The notes under the pieces were generated by a model. It was not told the DNA's origin. It was given only the letters and a program-made list of their open reading frames with translations, and did no database searches. A program made the translations under genes and the position numbers. A stretch of DNA of 64,000 bases, taken from a virus. Location of the stretch: positions 8,082 through 72,081 of the IMG/VR virus record IMGVR_UViG_3300036831_000067; one strand, 5' to 3'. Shown piece by piece: positions 17,555-25,878 of the stretch (positions are counted from its first letter, which is position 1; each line of letters opens with the position of its first letter).

Positions 17555-20500
17555 ATGACCCAGCTTTTCACCGCACACGGCCTCGGCGACGTCATCAAGA
17601 CCGATACCGTGCGTGGACGCACCAGTTACCTGGTTAAAGGCACGGGCTTTAAGGTGTGGGTGGACGCGACGAAGTGCCGTGTCGCCACCGAGGAGGGCGG
17701 CGCTGCTCCGGAACAGCTGTTCACCAACACCTTCAGCCCGGAGAAGTATCTCGATCCCGAGACGGCCATTCGCAGCGGCTCCGACGCGTTCTCTTACGAG
17801 CCGCCGATCCACGTCCAGGACAACTCGACGACGCTGCCCTACGATCCCACTCCGCAGTTTCCCGTCGACATGTTCACCGAGCAGACCATCCAGCCCGGTG
17901 AGCAGGAGATCGACCCCGAGAAGCGGTTGTCCCCCAGCGACTCGCGCTCCCAGAGTGATCGGCGCCCAGAACACCCCTGGCCGAGCCCGGACCCTCAGCT
18001 GTTCGCGGGTGCCTATCACCAGGCCCTCGACGAGCGCGAGAGGGGCTTCAGCCCCCAAGGCCCCTCCGGGGGCGATCTCGACCCGTTCACCACGGCCCCC
18101 CGGCTGCGTTCCGAGGACGAGCCGGTCTATCCCTTCGACAAGGTCTCCCCGCGTGGGCTGACCACCCACGAGATGGATCCTGACGAGCAGTACTGGTATC
18201 ACGACCCGGAGGCCGGTGCCTGGCGCAACCCGTATCGCCACTACGAGGACATGCGCCACGTCAAGGTCAATCCGCGCGGGACCGACCGGGAGAACATGTA
18301 CGGCCCGGCCTACATGGGCTCGGTGATCGACCCCAACCTGCCGACCGGCAGCTTCCACGTCGCCGGGCTCTCCGACCGTTACGCCGACATCCCGGCCGCT
18401 CGAGAGGACCCCAACGATCCGGCGGTGGCCTTCCGGGTCAACCCGCTGGCCTTCCTGCAGCGCCACGCCGCCATTCACGAGGCCCTGGATGCGCCTACCG
18501 GTGAGCTGATGGACGCGGTGCTGGCCGACCGCAGGCTGTTCATCTCGGCCTGGCGTGACGTGCACGCCAAGGCCATGCGGCTGCGCCGCGAGGGCCGGGT
18601 CCACATCAAGCAGTCCACCCCGGAGGCGATCTACGCCACCGTCCAGGGTGATCACCACTTCTACGACACGATCATCATCCGGGGCAACGTGTTCGACCTG
18701 GGCGGTCAGTCGGTCACCGCCTGGCGGTGCGGCTGCAAGTGGGGCCAGTGGGCGTTCAAGCGCAAGCTCACCTACGTCGGCCGGTTCTGCAGCCACGCCC
18801 TGGCCACCTATCACGAGATGCAGCACCTGCACAGCCGTGGCAACGGCGGCACCGGTTTCCGCAACCCCTACACCCGCAAGCACACCTCCTCGGTGGTCGA
18901 CGACTTCAAGTCCTGGGCCCGCGACAACGGCCAGCTCATCGACGAGACCAGCCTGCCCAACTTCATCTCCCAGTCCGACACGGACGAGGACGAACGGCTC
19001 ACCAAGGAGCAGGTTGAGCAGCTCTACGACTACGTCGAGGGCAACCAGGAGGAGACCCCAGAACGTAAGTTCGATATCGATTACACGCTGGATCCCGACG
19101 AGGCGTATAAGACAGCCGATGCCTTACGCACCCAGCCGCGCAGCCTGACCCCGGATCTGCAGTTCGTGCCCGAGGGCGAGGACGAGCACTTCGTCGACGT
19201 CGAGAAGGACGATCGCAAGACCACCGGTCCCGGCCAGATCATGCACGGTGGCCAGCACAGGCTGGATGAGGCCACGGGTATCGTTTCCAACCCATATACA
19301 GGAGATGAGAGGGGCAAATTCGAGGGGAACCCCCTCGGGCACGGCCACTGGGTTCCAGGAGACACCACTCCACAAGAGCCCGACATCGAGCACTTCGCGG
19401 CACTGCAGCGTCACTGCGACGACAACTGCCTGCCCTACCCGTCGGAGCTGTCCCGGTTCTTGATGCACGGCGATGTCGAGGAGTTCCGCCCCGATACCGG
19501 TGAGGCTGCCGGACGATTGGACAAGTTGCGTGATCTGATTGCCGAGCCCACCGAGGACCACTTCGGTGACATGCCCGCCTACAACGACAAGATCCGTGAC
19601 CTCGTCGACGAACTGCACGACGAGGGTGTGGGCGCCGACAACCTGGTGGCCAGCCGCCGGTTCGAGGGCGACGGGTCCTTCATGGGCGAGGGTGGCGGCG
19701 ACTGGATGGATCACGGGTTCGCGGGCTCGGGGTACGACCCCAAGGAGTGGTACCAGTCCTCTGATGACCCCGACGGGTACATCGAGAAGCATGAGCGCCC
19801 CCGGTTCCAGGACGTCACCAACCTGCCCGACGGCGACATCATCAAGTACAACGATTCCGACGGCCCGGTGACTAAGCCACGGGAGGCCTGGCGTCAAGCC
19901 GATGCCTGGTCGAACGAGACTTCTTCGGCCACTCCCCCGGCCCAGAACACGGCGCCCGGTGACATGGGGGAGATGAGCGGCGGGCAGCCCCTGGTGCAGG
20001 ATCCCGGGACCGAGGACCCCGGTCTTGTCACGGGCCGTAATTTCTTTGGTGACGACGATGCCGACATGGGTTTGGATGGTGTCGGGAACACTACTCCGTC
20101 GGCCACGGTGACCAATCCCGGCGACATGAGCGCGCAGACCGGCGGGGCCGGGTCGGGTGACTATATGCACCCGCAGTCCTCCGAGAACATTCAGTACTCC
20201 CAGCGGATGCAGCAGCATCGCCGCAAGCGCGCGGATAAGCCGCGCCCGCCTTCGGTGCGCCGCCTGGGCTATGACACCACCACCCTGCCCCCGGGCTGGG
20301 GAGACGTTCCCGAGAGCAGCGATGATGACGACCCGACGTCGGCGATCCCCGGGGCCGACGAACTCAAGAAGCAGATGCCCAAGATGCCCGACCTGCCGGG
20401 CACAGAGCCGGGCGCATCCCCTTCGGGCTCACCCCCGGCCGCCAGTGCGACCTCCGACGTCGCTCCCGAGCTGATGGCGGTGGCGGGCACCGGCGACCAC

Positions 20501-20923
20501 GGCTGGCGTCGCTGTGACCGGCCGCCGGAGAACTTCGGCTATGACGGCCCCTCCGTCGGGTTGTCCATGCACGGGGGCACCGATGACAGCTCTGACGTGG
20601 TTCGTGACTTTCACGCGAGCATGGGTGCCCAAGCCTACGCCCGGGGTGGCGGGGGCGCCGCGCCAGCGAGTTCGCGTCAGGCCGCCATGGCGGCAGCGGG
20701 CGGTGCCCTGATGCCGGTCGGTGCCCGGGGTGGCCGCGAAGCCGGGCGCAATGCCTCCGACGCCGATATTGCGGCACGAGCCAACGAGTTCCTGATGCGT
20801 ACCGCCGGGCGTAACTATCCCCCTCACGAGCAGGCCGAGTTGATGGACGAGCAGCCCGTGGGTGGGTACGGCGCACGTAATCTTGATGGCCTCGATCTTC
20901 GCGGGACTCACTATGTGCAGTAG
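17555..20923 (+). CDS. Large acidic head-associated protein with SWIM-type Zn finger
   Basis: WRCGCKW...FCSHALA (CxC-x(n)-CxH); multiple [KR]xA motifs; lies between portal and protease. Confidence 0.8.
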   Translation: MTQLFTAHGLGDVIKTDTVRGRTSYLVKGTGFKVWVDATKCRVATEEGGAAPEQLFTNTFSPEKYLDPETAIRSGSDAFSYEPPIHVQDNSTTLPYDPTPQFPVDMFTEQTIQPGEQEIDPEKRLSPSDSRSQSDRRPEHPWPSPDPQLFAGAYHQALDERERGFSPQGPSGGDLDPFTTAPRLRSEDEPVYPFDKVSPRGLTTHEMDPDEQYWYHDPEAGAWRNPYRHYEDMRHVKVNPRGTDRENMYGPAYMGSVIDPNLPTGSFHVAGLSDRYADIPAAREDPNDPAVAFRVNPLAFLQRHAAIHEALDAPTGELMDAVLADRRLFISAWRDVHAKAMRLRREGRVHIKQSTPEAIYATVQGDHHFYDTIIIRGNVFDLGGQSVTAWRCGCKWGQWAFKRKLTYVGRFCSHALATYHEMQHLHSRGNGGTGFRNPYTRKHTSSVVDDFKSWARDNGQLIDETSLPNFISQSDTDEDERLTKEQVEQLYDYVEGNQEETPERKFDIDYTLDPDEAYKTADALRTQPRSLTPDLQFVPEGEDEHFVDVEKDDRKTTGPGQIMHGGQHRLDEATGIVSNPYTGDERGKFEGNPLGHGHWVPGDTTPQEPDIEHFAALQRHCDDNCLPYPSELSRFLMHGDVEEFRPDTGEAAGRLDKLRDLIAEPTEDHFGDMPAYNDKIRDLVDELHDEGVGADNLVASRRFEGDGSFMGEGGGDWMDHGFAGSGYDPKEWYQSSDDPDGYIEKHERPRFQDVTNLPDGDIIKYNDSDGPVTKPREAWRQADAWSNETSSATPPAQNTAPGDMGEMSGGQPLVQDPGTEDPGLVTGRNFFGDDDADMGLDGVGNTTPSATVTNPGDMSAQTGGAGSGDYMHPQSSENIQYSQRMQQHRRKRADKPRPPSVRRLGYDTTTLPPGWGDVPESSDDDDPTSAIPGADELKKQMPKMPDLPGTEPGASPSGSPPAASATSDVAPELMAVAGTGDHGWRRCDRPPENFGYDGPSVGLSMHGGTDDSSDVVRDFHASMGAQAYARGGGGAAPASSRQAAMAAAGGALMPVGARGGREAGRNASDADIAARANEFLMRTAGRNYPPHEQAELMDEQPVGGYGARNLDGLDLRGTHYVQ

Positions 20924-20929
20924 CCGCGC

Positions 20930-23797
20930 ATGACGACAACTCTGGCCCCGGCACCACCGCGTCGCTTCGAGGCGTCGGCGGTCCGGCCCGTCTCCCATGA
21001 CGGCGTCAGGCAGCTCCTGCTGGCCTACCGCTCCGCCAAGTACGGCGCCGTGATTCCTCACTTCGAGCTGCTGCCCGGGATGATCTACACCAAGGTGCGC
21101 GCGATCAGTGCCCGGATCAATCAGAATTGGGACGCCTGGCCGTCCGAGGAACTGAAGAAGAGCTACAAGACCTTCCTGGGTAAGCCGGTGTTCGTCAACC
21201 ACAACAACTTTGACCCGACTCGAGCCCGGGGGCGGGTGGTGGCTTCCCAGTACATCGAGAAGGACGCCGACAAGTACATCGAGGTGATCCAAGAGGTCGA
21301 CGGCGTCCGGTTCCCCAAGCTCGCCCACGAGATCCGTACCGGGGGTATGGACAGCGTCAGCATGGGTGTGGAGGCGGGCTTCACCATCTGCAGCTACTGC
21401 GGCAACAGGGCCACCGATGTCTGGGACATGTGTGACCACGTGAAGTTCCACAAGGGCACGCACCTGCCCGATCCTCGCACCGGCCAGCCGAGGCTGGTGT
21501 TCGAGCACTGCTACAAGCTGGGCTTCTTCGAGTTGAGCTATGTCTTCGACCCGGCCGACGAGACGGCGGTGGTCAACCAGGTGGTGGTGGCGAACAAGAA
21601 AGCCTGGAAGCCAATGAGTCCCGGTCTCGACGCGTATATGGATTGGGTGAACGATGCCGGGACGCTGGTGCATCCGGACAGCGCAGAAGAGTATATCCAG
21701 AGCTACCGGCCGGAAAATCCGGACGAGATCAGAGAGTTCGCTCACGGTCAGGGCGGTAAGGCCTATGGGCCGCCGGAGCGTCATCACATGAAAAGACCAG
21801 CACGTCGCAGGCAGGCCTGGGGTGAGACTGAAGCCCCCGAGGACATCGACACACTGCGCGAAGACGACGACGACTCCGACGACGACTATGAGTTCGTCAC
21901 TCCCTATCGTCCGCGCGACGAGGAAGACTCCCCGTTCCAGCACTATCTGGAATCTCCGGAGGAGCTGCAGACCCCCGACTTCGACCAGACCAAGCGGCTC
22001 GACCGTGCCCAGGAGCAGGAAGGCCTGGACGCCGATCGGCTGGTGGAGGACGTCGAAGAGGTCGGGACTCTTGAAGGTCCCGAAGGTCCTGAAGGTCAGG
22101 ATCCCCAAGCAGGTCAGCGTCCGCAGATGGCGCGCAAAACAAGGAGGAACGCCATGGCTCGCAACAGGTATGCGGCTGAGGAGGACGAGGACCGCCGCCC
22201 GCCGTGGCTGCGTGACGATGACTCCGAAGACCGCGACGAAGACCGCGATCACGACGAAGACCGCGACGAAGAGGATGACGATCGCGACGACGACGACGAT
22301 GACCGCGATGAGGATCACGACGATGAAGATCGTGATGACGACCGCGATCACGACGAGGAGGACCGGCGCCCTCCCCAGTTCGAGTCGCGTCGACGGCGCC
22401 CCCGTCAGGGACGGCGCTACTACGCCGACGATGACAAGGACGACGACGATTCCGACGATAAGGATCGCGACGACGACGACAAAGACGACGACGACAAGCC
22501 GCCGTGGCTGAAGGGGAAGGAATCCCGACGTCGGCGCCCTGTTAATCCTCGCTCCTCGCGACAGAAGGGGAGAAAGAAGGGATCACCCATGGGCGCCACT
22601 CTGGCCGAGCGCGGGCAGGTTGTCGCGTCCCGGCAGCGTCGTCATTTCCGTGCCGACGACAGCGGCAACACTGACGGTGGTCCCTACGGGCGCAACGATC
22701 TGGGCGAGCAGGCCGAGACCTTCATCCCGGCGGTGTTCGGCGAGGGTGACGGTGTGCCGCCTGCCGAGAAGGTGGAGGCCCCGGCCGGGGACGAGCCCAA
22801 GGAGTCCAACACCGAGTCCAACCTAGTGGCCTCCATTGCGGCCAAGACCCGCAGCCTGAAGGCCGACCTCAACCGGTACCAGAGGCTCAAAGGCCGTCGT
22901 CTGCACGCCGAGGAGGGCGTCGAGGACCCCAAGGTGGTCAACCCGGAGCTGTCGGGTACCGACGACCAGAGCCTTAAGGGCGATGACTTTCAGGACACCG
23001 GTCTCTCCGACACCGAGACCCATCCCACCGACGGGGACCGCAGTGCGGCACGGGCCCGGGGCGACGACGAGAGCCGCCAGTGGTTCGCCGCGTTCGACTC
23101 CTGGTTGACCCAGGCGACCGGCAAGCCGTGGCAGTACCACACCTCGGCTGCGCTCACGCGCGCGGCCGCGCGGTGGGCCAACGGCACCGGTATCGCGCTC
23201 GACCGGCTCTTCCCGACCCTGGAAACTGCCCTGCGCCAGGCAAGAAAGGGCGAAGCCGAAAGGAAAGCCATGAACCGCACCGCAGAAGGGCTGGATGAAG
23301 CGGCCCCCGACGCCCGTGTGGACGTGGAGAAGCCGGTCAGCGACGAGACGAACGACCGGGCCCAGGCCTCCCAGTTCGACCTCGGCGAGTTCGGCCACAA
23401 CGCCGGTGACGATCTGGCCGATCCGGAGATGTCTTCGGACTCCCAGATTTGGGCGCCGGGCAAGGAAGGCCGCCACGTGCGGATGGCGGACGGGGTGACG
23501 GCGGTTCGTTGTGCCGAGGCCTACATCCGGATGCGCATGGCCAGCCCTGAAGACAAATGGAAACTCGCAGGCTGGTTGCAGACCATCCGCCACGCCACCG
23601 TGGTGGACCGGACCAACCTGCTGGAAGCGGCATTCGAGGCCAACAGAAGGTCTCTTACCGCAAAACGGACTCCCGCCGGAATTTCACGCGGGGCCGTGCG
23701 GTCGATCCCCCCGGGGCTGACCTCGGGCGGACGGACGGCGTCCTTTGAACGTGAGGCCGCCTACGACCGCATCAACGACTCCGCGATCTTTATGTAG
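20930..23797 (+). CDS. Capsid maturation (prohead) protease fused to an acidic scaffold region
   Basis: GKPVFVNH (His), SVSMG (Ser), CSYCG...CDH Zn insert, FFELSYVFDPAD; long D/E-rich C-terminal half; directly upstream of decoration and capsid genes. Confidence 0.85.
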   Translation: MTTTLAPAPPRRFEASAVRPVSHDGVRQLLLAYRSAKYGAVIPHFELLPGMIYTKVRAISARINQNWDAWPSEELKKSYKTFLGKPVFVNHNNFDPTRARGRVVASQYIEKDADKYIEVIQEVDGVRFPKLAHEIRTGGMDSVSMGVEAGFTICSYCGNRATDVWDMCDHVKFHKGTHLPDPRTGQPRLVFEHCYKLGFFELSYVFDPADETAVVNQVVVANKKAWKPMSPGLDAYMDWVNDAGTLVHPDSAEEYIQSYRPENPDEIREFAHGQGGKAYGPPERHHMKRPARRRQAWGETEAPEDIDTLREDDDDSDDDYEFVTPYRPRDEEDSPFQHYLESPEELQTPDFDQTKRLDRAQEQEGLDADRLVEDVEEVGTLEGPEGPEGQDPQAGQRPQMARKTRRNAMARNRYAAEEDEDRRPPWLRDDDSEDRDEDRDHDEDRDEEDDDRDDDDDDRDEDHDDEDRDDDRDHDEEDRRPPQFESRRRRPRQGRRYYADDDKDDDDSDDKDRDDDDKDDDDKPPWLKGKESRRRRPVNPRSSRQKGRKKGSPMGATLAERGQVVASRQRRHFRADDSGNTDGGPYGRNDLGEQAETFIPAVFGEGDGVPPAEKVEAPAGDEPKESNTESNLVASIAAKTRSLKADLNRYQRLKGRRLHAEEGVEDPKVVNPELSGTDDQSLKGDDFQDTGLSDTETHPTDGDRSAARARGDDESRQWFAAFDSWLTQATGKPWQYHTSAALTRAAARWANGTGIALDRLFPTLETALRQARKGEAERKAMNRTAEGLDEAAPDARVDVEKPVSDETNDRAQASQFDLGEFGHNAGDDLADPEMSSDSQIWAPGKEGRHVRMADGVTAVRCAEAYIRMRMASPEDKWKLAGWLQTIRHATVVDRTNLLEAAFEANRRSLTAKRTPAGISRGAVRSIPPGLTSGGRTASFEREAAYDRINDSAIFM
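22180..22510 (+). repeat. Low-complexity D/E/R-encoding tandem repeats
   Basis: Repeated gaccgcga(c/t) and gacgac units encoding DRDEDRDHDED..., flanked by RRPPWL, RRPPQF and KPPWL. Confidence 0.8.
22539..22570 (+). promoter_or_regulatory. Internal late-promoter motif upstream of in-frame ATG 22589 (nested scaffold)
   Basis: CCCTGT-N21-GAAGGGG followed by AAGAAGGGA RBS and in-frame ATG. Confidence 0.55.
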
Positions 23798-23829
23798 ATC
23801 ACCAACGTGTGTGAAAGGAGGCGAGACAC

Positions 23830-24402
23830 ATGCTTCGTGTAACCCTCAGCAACCCCGCGCAGAAGCGCACCCTGTTGCCCAAATATGCACAGACGCAGGC
23901 CACTGCGTACTCGGGTTTCCTTGACCCGGCGTGGCCGCGCACCTATGACATCTACCCAGGTAGTGTCATGGCCCGCGAAAACGACGAGGTGTTCACCTTG
24001 TTCACCGGTGCCACCGGTCAGGTCCCCTTCGGTCTGTCGTCACTGTTCGTCGCGCCCCAGTTGGGGATCGACGAGGTGCTGGCCACCGGCGGCAACGAGT
24101 TCACGGTGTGGACCATCGAGCCCCAGGGCGAGTTCGAGGTCTTGGCTCCGGCCTTCGACCAGAACGCCAACTGGGCCACGGCGGCCACCAGCCACGGCGG
24201 CATCTGCCTGCTGACCGGGACGACCGCTTCGGTCACCCTGTCCAACGGGTTTGTCCAGCCGCCCGGCGTGCTGACCCCCACCGGGGCCAACAACGCCAAC
24301 TCGATCGCTGAACTCATCTCGGTCGAGACCACCAGCAAGATTCTCATCCGAGGCCGACGCTACAACTTCGCGTCGACCGTCGCGCTGGGTACCGGAAGCT
24401 AA
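23830..24402 (+). CDS. Capsid decoration / minor capsid protein
   Basis: 190 aa between protease and major capsid; AAAGGAGG RBS; matches cluster C-type synteny. Confidence 0.7.
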   Translation: MLRVTLSNPAQKRTLLPKYAQTQATAYSGFLDPAWPRTYDIYPGSVMARENDEVFTLFTGATGQVPFGLSSLFVAPQLGIDEVLATGGNEFTVWTIEPQGEFEVLAPAFDQNANWATAATSHGGICLLTGTTASVTLSNGFVQPPGVLTPTGANNANSIAELISVETTSKILIRGRRYNFASTVALGTGS

Positions 24403-24413
24403 GGAGGGACATC

Positions 24414-25427
24414 ATGGGACTCCCAGCTCTAGTAGCCCAGGGTGCCGGTCTGGACCGTTACGGTTCGGCACGCTCCAGCGACGAGTTCGTGGTGCAGATG
24501 GCGGGTCTGCAGCAGCGGATGGGCGGCATGAAGCTGTCCGTGCGCGAAAAGCAGACCCGGATGGCCCACATGCTGCGGGATGCCTCCAACGGCATGCTGC
24601 GGCTCGGCCAGTCGATGATCGGCCCGATCCAGCTCCAGCTGCGATACCAGGGCATTCTGCGCAACGTGCTCTTGGAAGACACGCTCAGTCCTGGTGTGCC
24701 GATCCAGTACGACATCCTCGATGACCTCGGTCAGGCCTATGTCCTGCATGGCAACGAAGGTGAAGTGCGGATCACACCGTTCGAGGGCAAGAGGGTCGAA
24801 GTACAGTTGTTCAGAATTGCGACCTTCCCGATGGTTCGCAAGGAAGACCTGTATTTGCTCCGCGCTAATGTGGTGGAATATCAGCAGGATTTTTCCAAGC
24901 AGGCAGTTATGCGCCAGGAAGACGGGCGTCTGATTAGCTTGCTGGAGACCTCTGCGGCGAACTACCGCCTGGTGGACGCCTCGGCGAACCCCACGTCTGG
25001 TACGTTGCCGAACGAGATCAGCGTTGCTGGGGATATCCTTTCCCCCGACGATCTCTATAACGCGGTGACGTTTACCGACCAACGCCTGCTCGATTCCACG
25101 AGGTTGCTGTGCAACCCCAAAGAATATCGGGATTTTTATCGCTGGGACGTGAACACGACCGGCTGGGCGTTTAAGGACAGCGTGGTCGCGGGCGAGAGGA
25201 TTGTGCAATTCGGCGAATTCCAAATCGGAAAGAGCATCATTATTCCGATGGGGACATCGTACTTAACTCCGGACCCAGAATTTTTAGGGGTATTTCCGGT
25301 AATGTACAGTCTCGACGTCGAGGAGAATAACCTCGTGCAGCAATTCCATAAAGGATGGGTTATGGACGAATTAGTTGGGATGGCTATCCTAAATGCTCGC
25401 GGGATTGTGATCCTCCGCAAGTCCTAA
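24414..25427 (+). CDS. Major capsid protein (HK97 fold)
   Basis: 337 aa; position; 'IGPIQLQLRYQGILRNVL', 'RQEDGRLISLL', 'GWVMDELVGMAILNARG'; followed by a terminator. Confidence 0.9.
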   Translation: MGLPALVAQGAGLDRYGSARSSDEFVVQMAGLQQRMGGMKLSVREKQTRMAHMLRDASNGMLRLGQSMIGPIQLQLRYQGILRNVLLEDTLSPGVPIQYDILDDLGQAYVLHGNEGEVRITPFEGKRVEVQLFRIATFPMVRKEDLYLLRANVVEYQQDFSKQAVMRQEDGRLISLLETSAANYRLVDASANPTSGTLPNEISVAGDILSPDDLYNAVTFTDQRLLDSTRLLCNPKEYRDFYRWDVNTTGWAFKDSVVAGERIVQFGEFQIGKSIIIPMGTSYLTPDPEFLGVFPVMYSLDVEENNLVQQFHKGWVMDELVGMAILNARGIVILRKS

Positions 25428-25451
25428 TCAATCCTCTACCAGTACAGATGG

Positions 25452-25488
25452 CCCCTGGAGCGAATAGACCTCCGGGGGTTTTCTGTTC
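25452..25488 (+). terminator. Rho-independent terminator after major capsid gene
   Basis: cccctggag / ctccggggg stem followed by ttttctgtt. Confidence 0.75.
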
Positions 25489-25519
25489 CTCTAGCAAACA
25501 TCCCATTAGAGGATAAGAA

Positions 25520-25780
25520 ATGGCGAAAAGAATTGTCACGGCGCGCGAGCAATGGGCAATCTTTTTGGATTCCCTGCAGATGAATGAGACTGCCCCTTGG
25601 TTTAAGCCGCTTCAGCCCGGCGAGGAGCTGAAACCACACGACTACGACGAGGAAGACCCCTACAACTTCACGGGCTCACCGGAGACCCAGCACCACCACC
25701 GCACCTTTGACGAGGGCGGCTGGGACGCTATTCGGCGCCGCAAGGAGCAGTACGCGCGCCGGATGCGCGAGAGAGGCTAG
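25520..25780 (+). CDS. Small protein with N-terminal MAKRIVTAREQ leader
   Basis: GAGGA RBS; basic leader then acidic body. Confidence 0.7.
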   Translation: MAKRIVTAREQWAIFLDSLQMNETAPWFKPLQPGEELKPHDYDEEDPYNFTGSPETQHHHRTFDEGGWDAIRRRKEQYARRMRERG

Positions 25781-25820
25781 ATTTCACCATCGGTTCGTTC
25801 GTGTGATCCCCGGGGTATCC

Positions 25821-25852
25821 CTGTAATCGGGCCGCGTCCGCGAAAGAAAAGG
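25821..25852 (+). promoter_or_regulatory. Candidate phage late-promoter motif
   Basis: CCCTGT-N23-AAAGG. Confidence 0.55.
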
Positions 25853-25878
25853 TGGCCAGACTTTTCAGGGAGTAGAGC

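Noticed and set aside
9011-22351. Long minus-strand ORFs (9011..10837, 14311..16107, 16892..18883, 20429..22351 and similar)
   Set aside because: Antisense shadows of GC3-biased + strand genes; no RBS or motifs, and fully overlapped by well-supported genes.
22180-22510. CRISPR array or non-coding repeat
   Set aside because: In-frame low-complexity codons for an acidic tract; no constant repeat with unique spacers.
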